Shown here: positions 25,521 through 33,695 of the stretch, piece by piece
Layout: each line of letters starts with the position of its first letter
Position numbering within the stretch: the stretch's first letter is position 1
Assembly (NCBI GenBank): GCA_033763575.1
Contig: JANRKF010000033.1
Coordinates: forward strand, 6,278-70,277
Source of the DNA: Alphaproteobacteria bacterium
Lineage (GTDB): Bacteria; Pseudomonadota; Alphaproteobacteria; Rickettsiales; SXRF01
Direction: 5' to 3'
Length of the DNA: 64,000 nt
Translations under genes and position numbers: made by a program
Notes under the pieces: generated by a model
The model's database searches: none
What the model was told of the DNA's origin: nothing
Seen by the model: the letters and a program-made list of their open reading frames with translations, nothing else

Positions 25521-28451
25521 TCAATACCCACTCCATTCGCTGCGGCGGATAAGATGGTCATATTCATCCCGATATTCCGGTAGTTTAGGGATGATTTCCG
25601 GGGCGTAAGGAGTATTTGCGGTGAGGCTTTCGGCAATCATCGCAAAAAGCTCCTCCTGCGTGCGCGCAAGCAAGTCGGTTGCCTCGCTGATTTCGACAAA
25701 ATCCTTGCCCTGCTCGCGGGTTTTGAGCGCCCAGTAAATCAGCGCGCCGGGCGAGGCAGCGATGCGGCCGGAACGAATCAGCGCCAGCGCGGTAAGCGGC
25801 AATTGCTTCGCCTCGCCCTTTTCGACATTGGCTTTGCCGGGCGGCGTGCCGGTTTTGTAATCGATGAGGCGGAAGCTGCCCGCCATCACATCCACCCGGT
25901 CGGCGCGGGCGGAAAAAATGATGCGCTCCCCGGCAATCTCAAATTCCCACTTCGCCGAGACCTCGCTTTCGGTGCTGTATCGTTCGCGGCGAAACTCACG
26001 TTCGCGGGCGAGCCAATGGCGGGCGATCGCCTCAAAACGCGGCCACCAGAGCGTCGCCACGCTGGGACGGTGCATATAAGGCTGGAACTCGCGCTGCCCC
26101 TGCGCGATCAGAATCTGGTAAGCCTGTTCGGGCAGGGCGTCCGGATGCGCCGCCGAAAAATGCTCAAGCGCCGAGTGAATCAACTCGCCGAACTCGCGGT
26201 TGTCCGGCTCCGCGTCGAGCTCGTCCAGCGCTTTCAATCCCAGAATATATTTCGCGTAGAAGGCATAGGGTTCGCTGCTCCACAAATCGATAGCGCTCGG
26301 CGAAAAGCGGCGCGGGCGGGCGGAAGGCGGCGGCACCGGCTTCGGGCGCTCAAGCGGCGGAAGTGCGCGGGGCGCATCCTGCGCGTCGATGCTCGCCTGC
26401 ATGAGGGCACTTATATCCATCGCCGCAAGCAGTTGCGGGTTTTTCCCGCCGACCAGCGTAGCAAGCCGCACCCACCAGCGCGACGGCTCCTGCGGGCTTC
26501 CGGATATTTTCCGCGCGCGCGACAAAATCACTTCCGGCGCATGCAGCAACATCCACACGTCATGCGCGCTCTGCCCGGTCTGCACCGCATGCGACGGCAG
26601 GCCGAACGATTCGCGCATCGGCGCGCTCATCCACGGATCGACGGTCATGGCGGCGGGCCATATCCCCTCGTTCATCTCGCCCAGAATGACGAGATCGTAA
26701 TGCATGAGCCGCGCCTCAATGGGACTTAGGATATGCAGGCGCGGATGGGTGCCAAACGGCCTGCGCGCCACTTCCCGCGCCAGCAGCGCATCGAACAAGG
26801 CGGGGTAATCATGCGGCAGGATATCGCCGAGCGCAGCCGCTGCTACCGCCCATTCAGAGAGCGTTTTCGAGAGCGCCTCGCCGCTTTCCTGCGCCCATAA
26901 AATATCGCCACCGCTTTGGTCTTGCGTAGTGGCGATCGCCTCGGCAACGCGGCAATGCACCGCCAGCAATTCGGCCAACGGAGCCGGTGTATTGCGCAGG
27001 AACAACATCTCCAGCGGACGCAGCAGCTCGCGCAGCCGCGCAATGAATTGCTGCAACCCGGCAGAGGTGGTTTTTTCTTTGAGCTCCTCCACCAGCGCAT
27101 CCATGCCCGGTTGCAGGCGCACGCCGCGCAGGCAGGCGGCCTCCAGCGCACGGCTATATTCACGCGCCGCCACCGTATCCGATTCCACCGCCGCGAAAGG
27201 ATGGCGCAGCAATGCAAGCAGCGGCAGCGGGGCCGCACCGCTTACCGCCACTTCCAGCAACAGCCGCATGAACACGGCGCCCGGCGTATCGCGCATCGGC
27301 TGCCCCGCCGAATCATCGATGGCGATGCCCCAGCGCGCACATTGCGCCGACACCATCCGCGCAAGCTGGCGGTCGGGCGTGATGAGGGCGGCGGTTTTTT
27401 CCGGCACCTCCAGCGCCTCGCGCAGCTTGAACGCAATCATCCGCGCTTCGTCGTTCTGCGTGTCGGCCTGCATCAGCGACAGATGCGCGAAATCCTGTCC
27501 AAGCGGCAACTCCGCCTCTCGCCAACGGGCGGTGAGAGCGGCGGGGGCAAAGAGCGTGCTCATTCCCTCTCCATTAGGGGGAGGGTTAGGGTGGGGGCAT
27601 ATTTGCGTTATATTACGAACATTGTGCAGGAATGCCCCCCTCCCGGCCTCCCCCCTACTGGGTGAGGAGAGGAGGAAATGCCGCAGGCCGTATTGCGGAT
27701 GGGTGGGGTCGAGCTGGTCCCACGCGGCATCGGTCATGGCGGCATCAAGCCCGGGCAAAATCACCATGCCGTTCGGCATCGCTGCAATCGCCCGAAGGAG
27801 CGCAGCAGTCGCAGGGATACTGCCGGTCGAGCCCGCCGCGACCACCGGGAAATCCGGCGGCGAGAGGCGCCATTTTTCCGCAAGCTGCAACATGCGGTCG
27901 CGCATGACCTCCGCCTCGTCGCGCATCCCCGCTTCGGCCAGAATGCGCGGCCATTGGCGGGTGATGATGGTGAGGAATTCGGTGGTGGTTTTCCAGTGTT
28001 TGGCCAGCTCCTCGAACGGCGCCAGCTCTTTCAGCTTCTCAAAATCAAGGCTGTGCCGGATGGTTTCATCAAGCAGGCGGGCAAGCTCGACCGCAAGCTG
28101 ATAGGCCCGCGCCGGCGTGGTTTGCCCCTGCCCGAGAATGAGGCGGGTAAGCATGGAGAGCCGCTCTTTCTCCGGCATGATGCGCGGCACCTCTTCGCCC
28201 GCGAGCGCAAGAATATCCGCCTCGCCGTCGATTTCACCGATCGGCATGATGCGCGGCAGCAGAAGCGGCGTGCCCATGCTTTCGCGCAAAAACGCCTCGC
28301 GCAGGCTGCGGCAGCTCCGGCGCGACGGCAGCAGCACCAGCGTCCGCGCCAGCTCCAGCGGATCGCCGCGATGCTTCGCAAGCAGCATACCGGCCAGTGC
28401 ATCGAGGAACGGCAGGTGCGGCGGCAGGTTATAAAAACATCGAACGCTCAT
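25521..28451 (-). CDS. addB: double-strand break repair protein AddB (alphaproteobacterial type)
   Basis: About 976 aa. The N-terminus is MSVRCFYNLPPHLPFLDALA. The C-terminal PD-(D/E)XK nuclease region is RADRVD...RLIDYKTG. The track ORF start at 28547 lies in a repeat. ATG 28451 is preferred. Confidence 0.85.
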   Translation of the reverse strand: MSVRCFYNLPPHLPFLDALAGMLLAKHRGDPLELARTLVLLPSRRSCRSLREAFLRESMGTPLLLPRIMPIGEIDGEADILALAGEEVPRIMPEKERLSMLTRLILGQGQTTPARAYQLAVELARLLDETIRHSLDFEKLKELAPFEELAKHWKTTTEFLTIITRQWPRILAEAGMRDEAEVMRDRMLQLAEKWRLSPPDFPVVAAGSTGSIPATAALLRAIAAMPNGMVILPGLDAAMTDAAWDQLDPTHPQYGLRHFLLSSPSRGEAGRGAFLHNVRNITQICPHPNPPPNGEGMSTLFAPAALTARWREAELPLGQDFAHLSLMQADTQNDEARMIAFKLREALEVPEKTAALITPDRQLARMVSAQCARWGIAIDDSAGQPMRDTPGAVFMRLLLEVAVSGAAPLPLLALLRHPFAAVESDTVAAREYSRALEAACLRGVRLQPGMDALVEELKEKTTSAGLQQFIARLRELLRPLEMLFLRNTPAPLAELLAVHCRVAEAIATTQDQSGGDILWAQESGEALSKTLSEWAVAAAALGDILPHDYPALFDALLAREVARRPFGTHPRLHILSPIEARLMHYDLVILGEMNEGIWPAAMTVDPWMSAPMRESFGLPSHAVQTGQSAHDVWMLLHAPEVILSRARKISGSPQEPSRWWVRLATLVGGKNPQLLAAMDISALMQASIDAQDAPRALPPLERPKPVPPPSARPRRFSPSAIDLWSSEPYAFYAKYILGLKALDELDAEPDNREFGELIHSALEHFSAAHPDALPEQAYQILIAQGQREFQPYMHRPSVATLWWPRFEAIARHWLAREREFRRERYSTESEVSAKWEFEIAGERIIFSARADRVDVMAGSFRLIDYKTGTPPGKANVEKGEAKQLPLTALALIRSGRIAASPGALIYWALKTREQGKDFVEISEATDLLARTQEELFAMIAESLTANTPYAPEIIPKLPEYRDEYDHLIRRSEWSGY
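27565..27674. repeat. palindromic G/C-tract element inserted in frame inside addB
   Basis: One arm is CCTCTCCATTAGGGGGAGGGTTAGGGTGGGGGCAT. The other is ATGCCCCCCTCCCGGCCTCCCCCCTACTGGGTGAGGAGAGG. It is translated as SPSRGEAGRGAFLHNVRNITQICPHPNPPPNGEG. Confidence 0.6.
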
Positions 28452-28462
28452 ACACATACCTT

Positions 28463-28666
28463 CGCTCCCCCCTTGAGGGGGAGCGGCTGAAAGCGAGCAT
28501 GTAAAGCGACGCTCGAAGCTGTGGGGGGTGATTTTTGAAACTGGCACAAGGCGTCAAGCATCAGATAGGCGATGCCCAGCCCGCGACCTTCAACATCTAA
28601 TCCCCCCCACGGCTTAACCAGCGTGCGTTGCACTTGGTTTCGCCTGCTCCCCCTCAAGGGGGGAGC
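28463..28666. repeat. nested palindromic element in the addB 5' region
   Basis: Its ends are CGCTCCCCCCTTGAGGGGGAGCG and GCTCCCCCTCAAGGGGGGAGC. The inner inverted pair is GTGGGGGGTGAT / ATCTAATCCCCCCCAC. Confidence 0.55.
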
Positions 28667-28769
28667 GTAGTATAGAAGTATATGAAAACATCGGTTATTC
28701 ATGATATCTTAATATGTAAAACGCATAGATTATGCTATCATTACTCCATACCAGACGATGTGAAAAGAC

Positions 28770-30401
28770 ATGGTTGCTGACATCGAACAAGTGCCGGAAT
28801 TATTGGCCTACGAATTAGCCACGCTTTGGCGCGCCCATGCGGCGGTGGGGCTTTCGGGCTTCATGCAGCTCTATACCCGCGACGACCAGGTGCCGTTTCG
28901 CGCCAAGCAGGCGGGGCTTTCGTTCTGGTTCGGGCCGGACGACAACGAGGCGGCGATTGCCGAGATCATCCGGCATTACAACTCCGGCCAGCTTCCCAAC
29001 ACGCCGCTCCTCCTCAACCCCATCGTGCATAAAAAAGAGGGGGGCGATTATGTGCCGCTCGGTTCGGGGTTCGCGTGGTGCACATCGCTCTCGCTTGGCG
29101 TCGATGTCCTCAACAACGAATCCGGCGAGCGGCTTCAGGAGGCGGGCGCCATCGCCGGGCTGTTCGAGCGCGGCGATAATGACCGCGCCGGCCTCAAAAT
29201 CCTCGCCTTCACCACCGAAGCCCAACCACCCACAGGGGACGGGAAAACCGTCACCGGCTGCCGCGAGCTTTACGAGCTGGCCCATATCAAAAGCGAGCAA
29301 TATGCCGGTCATTACCTGCTGTCGGGTATTTCCTACCTCACCAATAACGGCCTGTTCCAGCACCCCGATTTCAGGGCGCTGTTTAAAAGCGAAGTGGACA
29401 TAAAAACGCTCGCGATCAATGTGCAAAACGTGATCGATGCCGCCTATTGCTGGAATGCTTACGACCACCACCATTCGCTCTACCAGAAATTCGGGCGCAA
29501 ACCGGCGAATGTCGAACAAAACCTGCGTTTTTTCAATCTGGTCGCACGCGATGTGAGGCTGTTCGATGCCACCGGCCCGATGCGCAAAGAGGCCGATGCC
29601 ATGTTCGAATTTATCGTGCCGGGATGGATTCCCCGCGGCGCGGTGACGCTGCTTGCGGCTTCCGGCGGCACCGGAAAATCCAGCCTCGCCCACCAGCTCT
29701 GCGTCATGGGCGCGATCGATTACAAGAAAGGCGAAGAAGCGCCGAAATGGCTGGGCCAGCGGCTGGCGATCGAGAAATGCACCGGCATCAATGTTTATTT
29801 CGCAGGCGAGGACGGCCCGCCGATCATCAACGCTCGCGCCGCGCTGTTCGACCCCAAGGGCCGCGCCAAACGCCTGATGTTCCAACGCACCGATTTCGGC
29901 GAGGGCGTCACCTTCCCGGAATATCTCCGCAGCCTGCACAAGATTCCGGAAGTGCCGATCATGGTGATCGATCCGGCGCGGAAATACCTGACCGGCGATG
30001 AGAACGACGCCGGGGCGGTGAGTGAATTCTTCGAGGCGATTGAAGAATTCGCAATCAAGAAAAATACCGCCGTGGTGGTGGTGCATCACCTGCAGAAAAA
30101 CGCCTACCCCAAAACCGCGCGCGAGGTGCTCGATATGCTGCGTGGATCGCAGGTGTTCATCGACCGGCCCCGCGTGGTAATCGGCATGTTCCGCGACGGG
30201 CCGTATACGATTGCCGGGCTGGCCAAAAACAACATCCCGCCGAATATGGGCATGGTCGCCGAGGAGCGCGTTTTCGCCCGCGACCCGCAGCATTTAAGCC
30301 TCATCTGGATGCCCGGCGACCAGGGCATACGCAATGCAGCGCTTTCGGAAGAAGAGCTGGAAGCGCTCGCCGAAGAAGCCAAAAAAGAGGGCCGGATCTA
30401 A
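28770..30401 (+). CDS. RepA/AAA_25-like RecA-fold ATPase with an unknown ~290-aa N-terminal domain
   Basis: Walker A LLAASGGTGKSSLAHQL, Walker B IMVIDPA, and VVVVHHLQKN as in RepA-like/AAA_25 ATPases. The N-terminal half matches nothing I recognise. Confidence 0.7.
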   Translation: MVADIEQVPELLAYELATLWRAHAAVGLSGFMQLYTRDDQVPFRAKQAGLSFWFGPDDNEAAIAEIIRHYNSGQLPNTPLLLNPIVHKKEGGDYVPLGSGFAWCTSLSLGVDVLNNESGERLQEAGAIAGLFERGDNDRAGLKILAFTTEAQPPTGDGKTVTGCRELYELAHIKSEQYAGHYLLSGISYLTNNGLFQHPDFRALFKSEVDIKTLAINVQNVIDAAYCWNAYDHHHSLYQKFGRKPANVEQNLRFFNLVARDVRLFDATGPMRKEADAMFEFIVPGWIPRGAVTLLAASGGTGKSSLAHQLCVMGAIDYKKGEEAPKWLGQRLAIEKCTGINVYFAGEDGPPIINARAALFDPKGRAKRLMFQRTDFGEGVTFPEYLRSLHKIPEVPIMVIDPARKYLTGDENDAGAVSEFFEAIEEFAIKKNTAVVVVHHLQKNAYPKTAREVLDMLRGSQVFIDRPRVVIGMFRDGPYTIAGLAKNNIPPNMGMVAEERVFARDPQHLSLIWMPGDQGIRNAALSEEELEALAEEAKKEGRI

Positions 30402-30572
30402 AACCTCCCCCCTTGAGGGGGAGGAAGAAATTTCTTGGGCTTACAACGTAAGCCTTAGAAATTTCAGGTGGGGGGTACAGCTTCTTCAAGTTTACCCCTC
30501 TCCCACTCGACTAACCGCTTCCCTTCGGTAAGCGGAAGTCTCGTTGCCCTCTCCCTCAAGGGGAGAGGGAAT
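30399..30572 (+). mobile_element. 174-bp multi-hairpin element, copy 1, starting with the TAA stop of the ATPase gene
   Basis: It is roughly 95 percent identical by eye to the reverse complement of 49121..49294. It is flanked by a 25-bp imperfect direct repeat (30374-30398 and 30573-30597). Confidence 0.85.
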
Positions 30573-30605
30573 AGAAGCCAAAAAAGAGGGGCGGATTTAG
30601 CTTTT

Positions 30606-30695
30606 GTCATTGCGAGGAGCGCAGCGACGTGGCAATCCATTTTACTTATCAACACAGGCAAGGCAGATGGATTGCTTTGCTATGCTCGCAATGAC
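30606..30695. repeat. double-hairpin palindromic element (GTCATTGCGAG family)
   Basis: One arm is GTCATTGCGAGGAGCGCAGCGACGTGGCAATCCAT. The other is ATGGATTGCTTTGCTATGCTCGCAATGAC. It lies just upstream of tgt. Confidence 0.7.
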
Positions 30696-30704
30696 GAATA
30701 GAAC

Positions 30705-31889
30705 ATGACCACGCATTTCACCATCAAAGCCACCGACGGCCCGGCCCGGCTCGGCACACTTAAAACCGCGCATGGCGACATTCGCACGCCCGCCTTCATG
30801 CCGGTGGGCACGGTGGGTACGGTCAAGGGCATGAAGCCCGACGAGGTAAAAAAGCTGGGCGCGGATATACTCCTCGGCAACACCTATCACCTCATGCTGC
30901 GGCCCACGGCGGAGCGGGTGGCGAAGCTCGGCGGCCTGCACAAATTCATGAACTGGCACGGGCCGATACTCACCGATTCCGGCGGGTTTCAGGTGATGTC
31001 GCTCGCGAAACTTCGCAAAATAAATGAGAACGGCGTCACCTTCCAATCGCATCTGGATGGCACGAAGATCGAGCTTTCGCCCGAACGCTCGATGGAAATC
31101 CAGCATCTGCTGGGCGCGGATATCACCATGGCGTTCGATGAATGCACGCCCTTCCCCGCCACGCATGAGGTGGCGAAGGAGAGCATGGAGCTTTCGATGC
31201 GCTGGGCACAAAGATCCAAAGATGCATTCGCATCTTTGAAGGGATTGGGCACTAGGGATTCGGGATTAGGGAAGGATGGTTTGATTTCTAATCCCCAATC
31301 CCCAAAGCCTAATCCCCTGCTCTTCGGCATCGTGCAGGGTGGGGTGTACAAAGATCTGCGCGAAATCTCCGCCGAAGCGCTCAAAAAAATCGGCTTCGAT
31401 GGCTATGCCATTGGCGGCCTCGCCGTGGGTGAAGGGCAGGAGCTGATGTTTCAAACGCTGGACATCACCATGCCGCATCTGCCGAAAGAACAGCCGCGTT
31501 ATCTGATGGGGGTGGGCAAGCCGGATGACATCATCGGCGCGGTCATGCGCGGGGTGGATATGTTTGATTGCGTGATTCCCACAAGAAGTGGCCGCAATGC
31601 GCGGGGCTATACTTTCTCCGGCGAAATGAACCTGCGCAATGCCAAATTCGCCGACGACAATACGCCGCTGGAGGCCCGATGTCCCTGCACGCTCTGCACC
31701 CAGTTTTCCCGTGCATACCTGCACCATTTATTCAAATCGGATGAGATGCTGGGGCCGATGCTGCTCACCGAACATAATCTCACCTTTTACCAGCGCTTGA
31801 TGGCTCAGATTCGCGAGGCAATTACACATGGAAAGCTTACACAGTATCATGCAGCCTTCATGCAGGGGTATCATGCGGAGAAAGACTAA
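30705..31889 (+). CDS. tgt: tRNA-guanine transglycosylase (queuine tRNA-ribosyltransferase)
   Basis: 394 aa. Contains [40 protein letters not shown] and the zinc site CPCTLC...H. Confidence 0.95.
   Translation: MTTHFTIKATDGPARLGTLKTAHGDIRTPAFMPVGTVGTVKGMKPDEVKKLGADILLGNTYHLMLRPTAERVAKLGGLHKFMNWHGPILTDSGGFQVMSLAKLRKINENGVTFQSHLDGTKIELSPERSMEIQHLLGADITMAFDECTPFPATHEVAKESMELSMRWAQRSKDAFASLKGLGTRDSGLGKDGLISNPQSPKPNPLLFGIVQGGVYKDLREISAEALKKIGFDGYAIGGLAVGEGQELMFQTLDITMPHLPKEQPRYLMGVGKPDDIIGAVMRGVDMFDCVIPTRSGRNARGYTFSGEMNLRNAKFADDNTPLEARCPCTLCTQFSRAYLHHLFKSDEMLGPMLLTEHNLTFYQRLMAQIREAITHGKLTQYHAAFMQGYHAEKD
31241..31317. repeat. palindromic GGGATT-tract element inserted in frame inside tgt
   Basis: One arm is GGGATTGGGCACTAGGGATTCGGGATTAGGG. 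The other is CTAATCCCCAATCCCCAAAGCCTAATCCCC. It is translated as [25 protein letters not shown]. Confidence 0.6.
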
Positions 31890-32874
31890 GTATTTTATTG
31901 CTGTGTTGCTGTTGATTTTTGCTGCGGTGGCGATATTCGCTTCGCAGTTCTCGCTGCATGGCGAGCTGGAAAAGCGCATAAGCGCCGCGCTTGCCGCGCA
32001 AGGATTATCGGACGTGAAAATCACCATTGCCGAGCTCGACGAACGGCATATTCTTTTTTCGCATATATCCTTTGCGAAAGATAAAATACAGCTGGCGGCG
32101 GATGATGTGAATATCACCGCGACCGCCCTGCCCGTTGCCGAATTGCTGCGTAAAAACTACGCGAATCTCTCCGCCGAATGGTCGGTAAAATCGCTCGTCG
32201 TCTCCGGCCTGCCGCAAGAGCTGCCAAGCTTTTCTGGCGAAGGAAAACTCCGTGGCGATGAAATTTCCGGCACGCTGCATGATGCGGGCCGCCGGTATGA
32301 AAGCAGTTTCATCATAAACCCGGTGAAGGCCGTGCTGCATAATATTCGCCTGCCGTGGGAAGGTGCCGTGGTGAGCGCGAAGGAGGTGGCGTTTTCGTTC
32401 GGCGAACCGAAGCCCATCCATATTCCCCTGCGTATTGAAAAGCTGCCGCTTACCACCCTGCTTGCGATGATTTCCAGCGACAAGGCAAGCGGCACCGGCA
32501 CGGTATCGGGCAACACGGAGCTGATTATTTTTCCGGACGGGAATTTCAGCCTCGGCAACGGAACATTCACCGCGGGAAAAGACGGGCTGATTCAGCTCTC
32601 GCCGGAGGTGCTGCCGGGCGACGCGCCGCAAATGGAGATTGCGCGGCAGGCGCTCGCCAATTTTCATTACAAAGATTTAAGGCTGACGTTATCTCCGGAT
32701 AAGCGCGGCAAAGTGTCTATCCGCCTGAATCTGGAAGGAAACAACCCGGACGCGCTCGGCGGACGCCCGGTAAAATTAAATATAAATCTTTCCGGCGATG
32801 TGCTAGAACTGTTACAACAAACCATCATGCCGATGGCCGATCCGACCCGTTTGATAGAAAAGGACACACGATGA
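31873..32874 (+). CDS. YdbH-like (AsmA-family) intermembrane transport protein
   Basis: ATG 31873 gives an N-terminal TM anchor ([17 protein letters not shown]). The C-terminal pattern ([27 protein letters not shown]) and the downstream ynbE-ydbL-like genes fit a ydbH operon. Confidence 0.65.
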   Translation: MRRKTKYFIAVLLLIFAAVAIFASQFSLHGELEKRISAALAAQGLSDVKITIAELDERHILFSHISFAKDKIQLAADDVNITATALPVAELLRKNYANLSAEWSVKSLVVSGLPQELPSFSGEGKLRGDEISGTLHDAGRRYESSFIINPVKAVLHNIRLPWEGAVVSAKEVAFSFGEPKPIHIPLRIEKLPLTTLLAMISSDKASGTGTVSGNTELIIFPDGNFSLGNGTFTAGKDGLIQLSPEVLPGDAPQMEIARQALANFHYKDLRLTLSPDKRGKVSIRLNLEGNNPDALGGRPVKLNINLSGDVLELLQQTIMPMADPTRLIEKDTR

Positions 32875-33041
32875 GATATTTGACAGCCGCATTATTACTC
32901 GCCGCCTGCACGCCCACTGTCAATGTGGGCACCGAGAAGCCAATCGAAATCAATATGAACATCAATATCGAGCATCGCGTGAAGATCGAAATCGAGAAAG
33001 ATGTGCAGACCGCAATCAAAAATAACAAAGATATTTTCTAG
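32871..33041 (+). CDS. YnbE family small lipoprotein
   Basis: Unlisted 56-codon [59 protein letters not shown]. It has an LLAAC lipobox. Its ATG overlaps the ydbH stop (ATGA). Confidence 0.75.
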   Translation: MRYLTAALLLAACTPTVNVGTEKPIEINMNINIEHRVKIEIEKDVQTAIKNNKDIF

Positions 33042-33054
33042 TCAGGGAGCATAT

Positions 33055-33378
33055 ATGAAAAAATTATTCGTAGTGATGAGCAGCGTAATCATGATGGCCG
33101 CCCTGCCCGCCTGGGCGCTCGATTTGCAGGAAGCGCGCACGCAGGGGCTGGTCGGCGAAACGCGTGCGGGCTATGTCGCACGCATTTCCGGCGGCGCGGA
33201 AGTGTCGGCGCTGGTATCGGATGTGAACCTGAAACGCCGCGAGGAATATGAGCGCATTTCCGGCGAAAACGGCCAGCCCGTGGATATAGTGGCGAAAATC
33301 GCCGCCGAAAAAATCATCACCGGCCTGCCCGCAGGCGCGAAATATAAAGATGCAAAGGGCAAGTGGGTAGCGCGATAA
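33055..33378 (+). CDS. YdbL family periplasmic protein (DUF1318)
   Basis: Internal ATG 33055: MKKLFVVMSSVIMMAALPAWA/LDLQEARTQGLVGETRAGYV... Contains NLKRREEY. Confidence 0.75.
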   Translation: MKKLFVVMSSVIMMAALPAWALDLQEARTQGLVGETRAGYVARISGGAEVSALVSDVNLKRREEYERISGENGQPVDIVAKIAAEKIITGLPAGAKYKDAKGKWVAR

Positions 33379-33505
33379 AAGGAATTGGCGCAAGATTGGC
33401 GGCGGTAGGCCGGTGAGTCGCTCTTTCTCAATGTGTTTTGAGACGCTATTGGCTCTCACCCTACGCCCGTTTGCATAAAAACACGAAAATAGTCGGCTTT
33501 ACCTG

Positions 33506-33533
33506 TTGACAACCCTGACTAAAACCTTATTGT
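33506..33533 (+). promoter_or_regulatory. candidate sigma70-like promoter for tRNA-Lys
   Basis: TTGACA (33506-33511), a 16-nt spacer, then TATTGT (33528-33533). This lies about 22 nt upstream of the tRNA 5' end. Confidence 0.35.
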
Positions 33534-33555
33534 CCCACTCTCTTTTCACCGAAAT

Positions 33556-33631
33556 GATCCGGTAGCTCAGTCGGTAGAGCACCTGACTTTTAATCAGGTT
33601 GTCGCGGGTTCGATTCCCGCCCGGATCACCA
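33556..33631 (+). tRNA. tRNA-Lys (anticodon UUU), CCA encoded
   Basis: Cloverleaf read by eye: acceptor GATCCGG/CCGGATC, D arm GCTC-AGTCGGT-AGAGC, anticodon arm CCTGA-CTTTTAA-TCAGG, T arm GCGGG-TTCGATT-CCCGC, discriminator A plus CCA. Confidence 0.95.
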
Positions 33632-33695
33632 CCCTACGCCTGCGGCTTCGGGTGGCGCAGCCGCCTGATTGCCATTCTTAGGCAGAGGAGTGCCC

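Noticed and set aside
28815-30293. 492-aa ORF antisense to the AAA_25-like ATPase gene
   Set aside because: It is a shadow ORF typical of high-GC DNA. It is Arg/Gly/Ala-rich with no motifs. The plus-strand frame carries clear Walker A and Walker B motifs.
30374-30599. Explaining the duplicated gene ends around the 174-bp element as integrase-type attL/attR sites
   Set aside because: The two loci duplicate unrelated host sequences (the ATPase end and the anmK end). The element therefore cannot be carrying a fixed att copy. A staggered-cut or target-primed duplication fits better. This alternative is retained as a caveat in the finding.
33458-33641. 10-nt direct repeat ACCCTACGCC on both sides of tRNA-Lys, as possible att sites of an integrated island
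   Set aside because: It is too short to distinguish from chance. The upstream copy lies before the tRNA rather than at a distal island end. No integrase is present.
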